Positions 16,141-21,969 of a stretch of 21,969 bases of DNA are shown here, one piece after another (position 1 is the first letter of the stretch; every line of letters begins with the position of its first letter). Location of the stretch: IMG/VR virus record IMGVR_UViG_3300008267_000017, positions 64,001 to 85,969 of that record, one strand, 5' to 3'. Position numbers and translations under genes: made by a program. The stretch comes from a virus. Its lineage: Duplodnaviria > Heunggongvirae > Uroviricota > Caudoviricetes. The notes beneath the pieces are model-generated. The model did not search any database. It was not told the origin of the DNA and was given only the letters and a program-made list of their open reading frames with translations.

Positions 16141-16750
16141 CTTTTCTCCAATCACAAATGTGTTCCCAATTTCTCATGTGCTCAATCACCCGCGAATCTA
16201 CTTGATACTCAGAAGTCAGAAGTTTTTCATACCATACTTTTGCGTATTTCTCTTTCTCCAATTTGTAGATTTTTCTAGCTTCTTCAATTTTACTGACATC
16301 AAAGAATCCCAACCTCTTAACTTCTCCTAGCATTTCAACACGAACTTCTAATTTATTTAAATTCTTTTGTAAATACATGCCTTGAGGATATTTACCTCTG
16401 CGTCCTTTTGAACTTTCCAAGAATCTGTTTAATTCTGAAGGAATTAGTACACACTTTTCTTTTGAATATTCCTTCATACCGTCTTTACATATGTCAGCAT
16501 CTAGTTCATAACCTAACCCATAACCAGTTTGAGTTACATGCCAATCTGTAAACTCCTGAAAATCTTTAAAAGAGTTTATACTGCCTCTGTAGTTAGGTAT
16601 TGTTAGTTGAGTATTCCCGTTCTCATTGCACCTTTCTTTTAGATTATTCCAAAGGACACCACTAATAGTCCATGTGTATTTATCTCCAACATATGCTCTT
16701 TGTACCCACCTCCCTCTGTGATCTTTAAAATCGGGTTGTGTTCTCCTCAC
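16133..16750 (-). CDS. Free-standing HNH-type homing endonuclease
   Basis: F..FQEF..W...Q.GY...YELD.DI......YS...C..IP.ELN.F core plus a C-terminal G.F......A...Y DNA-binding-like domain; overlaps the exonuclease start. Confidence 0.78.
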   Translation of the reverse strand: MRRTQPDFKDHRGRWVQRAYVGDKYTWTISGVLWNNLKERCNENGNTQLTIPNYRGSINSFKDFQEFTDWHVTQTGYGLGYELDADICKDGMKEYSKEKCVLIPSELNRFLESSKGRRGKYPQGMYLQKNLNKLEVRVEMLGEVKRLGFFDVSKIEEARKIYKLEKEKYAKVWYEKLLTSEYQVDSRVIEHMRNWEHICDWRKDD

Positions 16751-16956
16751 GTCATCACCTCCAATTTATTCCAATCCCCATTACAAGTAAATTCTAAGTC
16801 ATCTAGGCATTCTACAATATGCTCATATTCCCACTTATATCCGTCTGGATAACCATCATGAGGACAAGAGTATTCATAAGCTGTGTAAGTTTCATACCCA
16901 AAGCATACCTTGCCACCAGCTTCTAGTATCTTCCTAACTTCTTCTTTAGTCATCAC
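16747..16956 (-). CDS. Small Cys/acidic protein, paralog family copy 1
   Basis: MTKEEVRKILEAG...; aligns with 16953..17153 and 17478..17675. Confidence 0.7.
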   Translation of the reverse strand: MMTKEEVRKILEAGGKVCFGYETYTAYEYSCPHDGYPDGYKWEYEHIVECLDDLEFTCNGDWNKLEVMT

Positions 16957-17153
16957 ATTATCTTCTCATTCCATTTTGCAGAGTAGTTTATAATATCTAG
17001 AAGAGCTTCTTCTACAGAGTCAAATTCATATAAGAACCCTCCTGTATGAGAAGTCGGACATTCCCACACAACTCCTTCTGCAGTCCAAGTGAGGTCGCCA
17101 CATCGCAGTTCAAGACCTTCTGACAGGATGTGTTTAGCTTCGTCAAGTGTCAT
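16953..17153 (-). CDS. Small Cys/acidic protein, paralog family copy 2
   Basis: Start at MTLDEAKHILSEG; TGATG overlap with the upstream ORF. Confidence 0.7.
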   Translation of the reverse strand: MTLDEAKHILSEGLELRCGDLTWTAEGVVWECPTSHTGGFLYEFDSVEEALLDIINYSAKWNEKIM

Positions 17154-17305
17154 CACAAATCCCAATCAAGTAAGGCACAACGAGCAGCTTCCTCAACAGA
17201 ATCTCCTGCTTCAATGTACCGATTAAATGCTAACGTAACTTCATATTCTAATCCATATTCACCAGCAATGTCTAACATGCACTTCTTAATTTCGTAATCA
17301 GTCAT
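17153..17305 (-). CDS. Hypothetical protein, 50 aa
   Basis: Not in the track. GGGGAG RBS; MTDYEIKKCMLDIAGEYGLEYEVTLAFNRYIEAGDSVEEAARCALLDWDL*. Confidence 0.7.
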   Translation of the reverse strand: MTDYEIKKCMLDIAGEYGLEYEVTLAFNRYIEAGDSVEEAARCALLDWDL

Positions 17306-17478
17306 TTTCTCCCCTTCCTCATAGCAACCATTTTCAACCTCTGCCGCTTGTTAAGTGTGCTACGTTTAATCTCACTATAAACCTGCCGCAGTATTGGAGA
17401 GTTTGCAAGAATCTCCTCAGCTTGATCTTGCTTGAACATCCACAGAGTGAATTTTCGTAATGTTGTAATATCTTCCAT
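17302..17478 (-). CDS. Hypothetical basic protein, 58 aa
   Basis: Start at MEDITTLRK (GAGG RBS, TGATG overlap). Confidence 0.65.
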   Translation of the reverse strand: MEDITTLRKFTLWMFKQDQAEEILANSPILRQVYSEIKRSTLNKRQRLKMVAMRKGRK

Positions 17479-17675
17479 CAGTACACCTCTTCCCAATTAC
17501 CACACATACTGTCAATATGATCTAGCATATCTTCTATGTTTGCGAAAGTTTCATAACAACATGTATAATCACCTTCGTTGCAACCACACTCGTAAACAAA
17601 GTTCTGCCAAGTCCAACCCTCGAAGCACACAGCTTTACCTTGTTCTAGCACTATTCTTGCGTCATTCCTGTCCAT
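17478..17675 (-). CDS. Small Cys/acidic protein, paralog family copy 3
   Basis: Start at MDRNDARIVLEQG (GAGG RBS). Confidence 0.7.
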   Translation of the reverse strand: MDRNDARIVLEQGKAVCFEGWTWQNFVYECGCNEGDYTCCYETFANIEDMLDHIDSMCGNWEEVY

Positions 17676-17811
17676 TGTTATACCTCTCGTCAAACTGATC
17701 TACAAGATCATCTAGGCAAGGAATCATATCATCTAAGAAGTCCAGTAACTCTTCGTAGTACCCTACCAAGTCTCGTAATCCTTCTAACTCCAATTTTTCT
17801 TGTTCTGTCAT
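17662..17811 (-). CDS. Very acidic 49-aa protein
   Basis: Not in the track. GGAGG RBS; MTEQEKLELEGLRDLVGYYEELLDFLDDMIPCLDDLVDQFDERYNNGQE*. Confidence 0.65.
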   Translation of the reverse strand: MTEQEKLELEGLRDLVGYYEELLDFLDDMIPCLDDLVDQFDERYNNGQE

Positions 17812-17993
17812 AACACCTCCAATGTTTTCATCAACTGATGAGCTTCAGCAACTTTACGCTTCAATACTTCTTGCTGAATAGCCAGCTTCTTGAACTCCTG
17901 TTTATTCTGTCTTACAGCTCTCTTTGCACTGTCTAATTCCTTTTGCAAAAGGGCTTTCAACTCCTGTCGAGCTATTTGTTTAGCTGTTGCCAT
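17808..17993 (-). CDS. Basic coiled-coil hypothetical protein
   Basis: GGAGGAG RBS; heptad pattern. Confidence 0.7.
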   Translation of the reverse strand: MATAKQIARQELKALLQKELDSAKRAVRQNKQEFKKLAIQQEVLKRKVAEAHQLMKTLEVL

Positions 17994-18002
17994 ATTCTCC
18001 TC

Positions 18003-18260
18003 CTATCCATACCAACTGTGAGATTCACGTCTCACTTCACTCTTAGCTCCACAAACGTTACATTCATTCCAATAGTCTGTATACGCTTTGTCATAGTAAC
18101 TCCCTTCAAAATAACTCTCCTTCTTCACAATCTTTGGATGCTTACAATTATCATCTCTAAGCTTCTTCGCAGCAATGTATACAGCATTTGCTTCATTGAG
18201 TTTTCGTTGCGCATCTTCAAAGTCTGCTTGGAAGCTATTGAATAAATCTAGTTGTTGCAT
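18003..18260 (-). CDS. Hypothetical protein, coiled coil plus C-x-H...C-x2-C putative zinc ribbon
   Basis: GGAGG RBS; NCKH...ECNVCG. Confidence 0.75.
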   Translation of the reverse strand: MQQLDLFNSFQADFEDAQRKLNEANAVYIAAKKLRDDNCKHPKIVKKESYFEGSYYDKAYTDYWNECNVCGAKSEVRRESHSWYG

Positions 18261-18277
18261 ACTTCCTCCTATAAACT

Positions 18278-18313
18278 AAAGCCCTCATACCTCACAAGGA
18301 AGCTGAGGGCTTT
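18278..18313 (-). terminator. Hairpin (terminator-like or processing/stabilising structure) after the SSB-like gene
   Basis: Perfect 10-bp arms AAAGCCCTCA/TGAGGGCTTT; only a weak U-tract follows (AGTTT). Confidence 0.5.
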
Positions 18314-18357
18314 GTCTGTATTACATACGGTTAAGCTACATCAAAATAGTTGTCATT

Positions 18358-19383
18358 TTAGAAAGGAATGTCATCGTCAATATCAAAGAAGTTAGGTGCT
18401 GTCTTAGCAGGAACCTTCTCTTTAGGAGCTTCTGGTTGTTCGTCAGAATTGTCACTACCTAAAATAGAATAAATCTCCTGAAGCTCTTTATCAGTTTCAA
18501 TTAATTTGGCTTGAATTTCTTTAGCTTTTTCAATCAATTCTGCTTCGTTAAACTTCTGCTGAATAGCCTTCTGCATCTCTGTGCCTTGGTAGTCAGATGC
18601 CAATACAATCTTACGTAAATCAGCAATTCGTACCAAATCAAGCTTGCAACTACCACTCAACTCATCATTAGTCTCCAACAAATCTGTATCCTCGAACCCG
18701 ACAGAAATAGCCTTAATCAACGCAGCAGGAGCTGCCATGCCTTTCATCATTGGTACAGCATTTTTCAGCTTGACATTGACATACTTGTTGTCGTTCTTTT
18801 CTTCAACCTTAACTTCAACATTGTACATGAATGGCTTACCTAACAACTGACTGACATCATTCAAGAATGGATTCTTGTAATTTGCATCAAAAATAACATC
18901 CTTAACAAATTTACCAGCATCATTCTTAACTACTGCTGCAATCTTGTTCCAAGCTGAAGCTGGAGCTAACAACCAAGGCTTACCTTTAATGTAATTACCA
19001 TCGGCATCACGAGGAGCCACTGTAACGAGATTAACACCTTCACTCATACCACGAGATACTTGATGTAAAGGAACACGAATATTACGTACACCAATGTCAC
19101 CTTCGTAGTCGTGCTCTTGTGTCAGCAAATCTACATAGACAGATACTTTCTGCTCTTCACTACCTTCTTTTGGGAGAATGATTTTATCCTTACCATCTTC
19201 ATCTTTCTCCCGCTTACCTGCTGTATCCTTAGCAAACTTAGGAAGCTTGGCATGTTGACCAAGATTCACTAACAATCCAACTTGTACAGCTTGCAAACCA
19301 TCTTCAGGGATGATTGCTACAAATGGTTTACGATCTGTGTTGTCGTTTTGTGGAAGGTTACTTTTTGGTTTAAAACTACTCAT
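18358..19383 (-). CDS. Putative ssDNA-binding/replication protein with SSB-like acidic tail
   Basis: 341 aa, in the replication module, with its own strong promoter; flexible acidic linker ending FFDIDDDIPF. Confidence 0.65.
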   Translation of the reverse strand: MSSFKPKSNLPQNDNTDRKPFVAIIPEDGLQAVQVGLLVNLGQHAKLPKFAKDTAGKREKDEDGKDKIILPKEGSEEQKVSVYVDLLTQEHDYEGDIGVRNIRVPLHQVSRGMSEGVNLVTVAPRDADGNYIKGKPWLLAPASAWNKIAAVVKNDAGKFVKDVIFDANYKNPFLNDVSQLLGKPFMYNVEVKVEEKNDNKYVNVKLKNAVPMMKGMAAPAALIKAISVGFEDTDLLETNDELSGSCKLDLVRIADLRKIVLASDYQGTEMQKAIQQKFNEAELIEKAKEIQAKLIETDKELQEIYSILGSDNSDEQPEAPKEKVPAKTAPNFFDIDDDIPF

Positions 19384-19453
19384 TTAAATACTCCTATAAA
19401 ATTATGCATAAGCCATGCACAGGCATTAACGGTTATACAGCTTAGAATGAAGC

Positions 19454-19500
19454 TGACACATTTAAAACGCAATTATACACACTTTAAAACTTCTTGTCAA
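19454..19500 (-). promoter_or_regulatory. Consensus sigma70 promoter for the SSB-like gene, embedded in an imperfect inverted repeat
   Basis: TTGACA (19495-19500), 17 nt, TATAAT (19472-19477), with GTG just upstream of the -10. Confidence 0.85.
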
Positions 19501-19505
19501 ACAAA

Positions 19506-19730
19506 TTAAAGCACATTCTTAAACATTTTCATTCTCTTGTCACTACTCAGCGTCATGTAGTCTAACACAACAGCATAAGCTTCAACCACTTTATTTTGAT
19601 AATCTAAATCTTCTTGCATCAATGTATCTGGGTACTTATCTTTAACGAGTGAAGCATCTTTAAACAACCTAGCACGTACAAGTTCTTCCATTATAACATG
19701 GTCTGCATGTTTGTTGAAATCTATTTTCAT
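19506..19730 (-). CDS. Hypothetical protein
   Basis: AAGGAG RBS; ATGA overlap. Confidence 0.7.
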   Translation of the reverse strand: MKIDFNKHADHVIMEELVRARLFKDASLVKDKYPDTLMQEDLDYQNKVVEAYAVVLDYMTLSSDKRMKMFKNVL

Positions 19731-19912
19731 GTGTTCTCCTTCACTAATTTATTCAAAACATCATCTACAGACATTCCCACCACTTCATCCTTATTGAATT
19801 GGAAGTATATCCTGTTTGGCATTCCTATGCAAGCATCCTTCTCAAATAAATCTATGTCTTGTATGCTTAGGAGTGATAGAAGATAGTTGTACTTTTGTTC
19901 TATTGTTGGCAT
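19727..19912 (-). CDS. Hypothetical protein
   Basis: AAGGAG RBS. Confidence 0.7.
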   Translation of the reverse strand: MPTIEQKYNYLLSLLSIQDIDLFEKDACIGMPNRIYFQFNKDEVVGMSVDDVLNKLVKENT

Positions 19913-20193
19913 GGTTTCTCCTTAATTAAGAATCTGTGGTGAAGGTATGCCGACAACGATCCTCCAAGACCTGCTCCAACCCCTACAAATACCACAATCC
20001 ATCCAAGTCCATTTTTAGCCATGATAGACACAGAGTACACTTCAGTCACAGCCATTAACATAGAAGTTGGCATAATCCACCAGTATGTCCTATGCGCTAT
20101 ATTCTGCTGCTGCCATGCTTTGAGAAACACGAATACAAAGATTGATATCATCGCTAGGAAGTATAACATAGGTGGTTCTTGTAGACTACTCAT
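19900..20193 (-). CDS. Small multi-pass (about 3-4 TM) membrane protein
   Basis: Hydrophobic helices with a GVGAGLGG motif; start uncertain (20193 has GAGG 6 nt upstream). Confidence 0.7.
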   Translation of the reverse strand: MSSLQEPPMLYFLAMISIFVFVFLKAWQQQNIAHRTYWWIMPTSMLMAVTEVYSVSIMAKNGLGWIVVFVGVGAGLGGSLSAYLHHRFLIKEKPCQQ

Positions 20194-20704
20194 AGCTGTC
20201 CTCAAACAATTCTCGTGGAGGTAAGTCATTACCTTCTTTGTAGTATTGAGTATAATGAATCAACATCATTACGTTACAGCAAATATGTCCCAAATGTTTG
20301 CGTCCAGATTCAGCATCAACTTCTTCACCATTGATAATTGCCAATGTATGACGTACAGCACATGCTAAAGGAACGCTCCATTGCATACCCTTCATCCAAT
20401 TGAATTTTTTATACTTAGCTGCTCCATAAGTGAACACATGAGTGGACTCTTCAATAGCATCGTCTCCAAGAATCTGTAAGATTGTTCCTAAGTTTACCGC
20501 ACTGTGGGTCTTCTGGAACTCCCCAAGTTGAAACAACACATTGGTTAAGTCACAGAAATCTGAAGACACTGTGCTGGCAATATAATCTGCAAAATCACTC
20601 AACAACAACATTGAATAATCAGGCTTCCCACTATTGTAACGAGCACCAGAACCTTTCTCGTTGCTGTCAATGTTTCCTACTTGTTGTGCTACTATTGTTG
20701 TCAT
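20186..20704 (-). CDS. dATP/dGTP diphosphohydrolase-domain protein (DUF5664-like)
   Basis: G.RYNSGKP; VFTYGAAKY..FNW.KG; RH......GEEVDAESG..HLGH..CN..ML motifs. Confidence 0.82.
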   Translation of the reverse strand: MTTIVAQQVGNIDSNEKGSGARYNSGKPDYSMLLLSDFADYIASTVSSDFCDLTNVLFQLGEFQKTHSAVNLGTILQILGDDAIEESTHVFTYGAAKYKKFNWMKGMQWSVPLACAVRHTLAIINGEEVDAESGRKHLGHICCNVMMLIHYTQYYKEGNDLPPRELFEDSYE

Positions 20705-20714
20705 GTTATTCCTC

Positions 20715-21002
20715 CTATTTCAATTGATAGTTTTCCATATTAGCACAACGCAGCTCTCTGTTATACTGAATCCTGTATCCTATTTCACTCTTTAAAGCTC
20801 GTTGTAACTTCGAGTATTGCTTGATTTGTTTCTTGTAAATTTTAATCTCTTCCAAGTTGCTGTCCACTCGTTGTTGGTAATTAAATGCTCTTGTACCAAG
20901 TACATCAATATTTGTTTTACAGATAGACACGTTAATCTCAAGTTCGCTTAGAATATTCCTGTTCAAAGCAATCTGAGATTGATAGTCACTGATCTTCATC
21001 AT
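20715..21002 (-). CDS. Coiled-coil hypothetical protein
   Basis: GGAGG RBS downstream of the promoter at 21031-21059. Confidence 0.7.
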   Translation of the reverse strand: MMKISDYQSQIALNRNILSELEINVSICKTNIDVLGTRAFNYQQRVDSNLEEIKIYKKQIKQYSKLQRALKSEIGYRIQYNRELRCANMENYQLK

Positions 21003-21018
21003 TCCTCCTTCTGTTTAG

Positions 21019-21591
21019 TTAATAAGTGATATTGTAGGGTGTTTTGTCGGGTGTGTCAAGTATTTTGTCAATCTCATCTGTAATATCTCTGCGGCTGCGT
21101 TTATTCACAATACTACTGATTGTTGTCCGAGGTTTTCCCATACTAACAGCTACAACATTAACACCCTCTCCAAGTTTAACTCTGGTATATGCCTCTTTTA
21201 CTTCATCAATAGTAAGGACTTTGACAGCGCCAACTTCATATCGTTTCTGCATTCTACCTGCAGCATGTGCGTGGTCAATATTACTTTTTCTAGAAATCCA
21301 CTCAAGGTTATCGACATGATTATTACTCTTATCACAGTCCTTGTGATTCACTTGAGGGAGATTATCTGGATTATCTAGAAAAAACTCTGCGACAAGCCTG
21401 TGAGCGTATTTCCTTACTGGAGACCATTTTCCATCTTTCTTTATCATTGTTACTTGATAAGTTAAGTAGCCAGCTCCATTATCTGATAACAAGCACTCCC
21501 TGCCATCATCGCACTTCAAACGACCAAAGCTGCTGATCTTCTTACCTACATACCTGCCATCGTGATATACATCTTTCCAAATTTCTTCCAT
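21019..21591 (-). CDS. Free-standing HNH homing endonuclease (I-HmuI-like HNH_3 core)
   Basis: MEEIWKD NUMOD4-like start; HRLVAEFFLDNPDNLPQVNHKDCDKSNNHVDNLEW; C-terminal HTH-like segment. Confidence 0.9.
   Translation of the reverse strand: MEEIWKDVYHDGRYVGKKISSFGRLKCDDGRECLLSDNGAGYLTYQVTMIKKDGKWSPVRKYAHRLVAEFFLDNPDNLPQVNHKDCDKSNNHVDNLEWISRKSNIDHAHAAGRMQKRYEVGAVKVLTIDEVKEAYTRVKLGEGVNVVAVSMGKPRTTISSIVNKRSRRDITDEIDKILDTPDKTPYNITY
21031..21059 (-). promoter_or_regulatory. Sigma70 promoter embedded in the 3' end of the HNH gene
   Basis: TTGACA (21054-21059), 17 nt, TACAAT (21031-21036). Confidence 0.7.
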
Positions 21592-21617
21592 TATTACTCC
21601 TATCGACTAAAGATGTT

Positions 21618-21646
21618 AGTATATCACCCAGACTAAGATTTGTCAA
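21618..21646 (-). promoter_or_regulatory. Sigma70 promoter (extended -10) for the HNH gene
   Basis: TTGACA (21641-21646), 17 nt, TATACT (21618-21623) preceded by TG-n; starts 4 nt after the polymerase stop. Confidence 0.75.
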
Positions 21647-21650
21647 TAGA

Positions 21651-21803
21651 TTAGTGAATATCCGAGTACTTTAATCCAAAGTTGATATCACAAGCCAAAT
21701 CTCTATTAAGTTTAAGTTGTTTATTAACTTCCTCTAACCCATCTGATATGAGTTGCTTGAAATCTTCCTCTAACTCTACTTCCTGCTCATTAATTAATTC
21801 ATC
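21651..21803 (-). CDS. Family A DNA polymerase, final exon (50 aa)
   Basis: Not in the track. DELINEQEVELEEDFKQLISDGLEEVNKQLKLNRDLACDINFGLKYSDIH* matches the Pol A motif C (H)DE and the LN..L.....G..Y..IH C-terminus. It has no start codon, and an in-frame TGA lies two codons upstream. Confidence 0.85.
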   Translation of the reverse strand, partial: DELINEQEVELEEDFKQLISDGLEEVNKQLKLNRDLACDINFGLKYSDIH

Positions 21804-21969
21804 CGTTCATTCAAGTAAGCTCGTTAAACTTACTCCGCTTTCGCTGCTGCACATTCCTATGCAGTCTAGACTATCTCACATCCTTTTAAGGATTCTCCCA
21901 TTTCGAGTCACTTGACCCTACGCTTTTCAGCTAGTCGTTACACGTTCCTATTTCTAGGCTTCGCTCGGT
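21804..21969 (-). mobile_element. Group I intron, 3' half (IA2-like), interrupting the DNA polymerase
   Basis: Minus strand shows Q-like ACCGAGCGAAG, P6a CCT-AGAAAT-AGG, R AACGACUA, P7.1 GCU-GAAA-AGC, P7.2 GGGUC-AAGU-GACUC, P8 AUCC-UUAAAA-GGAU, S GAGAUAGUC, P9 UGCAUA-GGAA-UGUGCA, a further AGUAAGU/GCUUACU hairpin and a terminal G at 21804. Confidence 0.88.

Noticed and set aside
20186-20704. Calling this a Z-base (2-aminoadenine) genome
   Set aside because: No PurZ or HD-family dATPase in the window; DUF5664-type genes also occur in phages without Z-DNA.
4368-21319. Numerous plus-strand ORFs within the minus-strand block (e.g. 8521..8781, 9069..9401, 15919..16278)
   Set aside because: They lie antisense to well-supported, tightly coupled genes and lack RBSs or recognisable motifs.
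21682-21915. Plus-strand 77-aa ORF from the track
   Set aside because: Antisense shadow of the polymerase exon and intron core; no RBS; Ser/Leu-rich low-complexity translation.
1-21969. CRISPR array, DGR repeats, integrase/att sites, IS elements
   Set aside because: No regularly spaced repeats, no duplicated variable/template region, and no reverse transcriptase, integrase or transposase motifs seen by eye.

Overview
This window is from a lytic tailed-phage genome, probably with a proteobacterial host (inference). It holds two convergent transcription units that meet at a terminator near 3650. The plus strand (1-3619) carries the end of a tail fibre/spike gene, two unlisted small ORFs, a multi-pass membrane protein and a lysis cassette (holin-like gene, peptidase M15 endolysin, inserted HNH gene, second holin-like gene, possible overlapped ORF). 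The minus strand (3684-21969) is a DNA replication and nucleotide metabolism module: the last exon of a family A DNA polymerase, an HNH endonuclease, a DUF5664-type dATP/dGTP diphosphohydrolase, an SSB-like protein ending in DDDIPF, a 5'-3' exonuclease, two more HNH-type nucleases, a metallophosphoesterase, a MazG-like protein, nrdA, nrdB, a glutaredoxin and many small hypotheticals. The best-supported surprise is the 3' half of a group I intron (IA2-like) at the window end. It interrupts the polymerase apparently inside catalytic motif C (H|DE), has no ORF in its visible loops, and is followed by a free-standing HNH gene with its own promoter. Other notable items are sigma70 promoters whose -10 box sits inside an inverted repeat, a 32-aa peptide coupled to a membrane protein just before the lysis genes, and two small paralog families. 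All family assignments come from motif recognition by eye; no searches were run.
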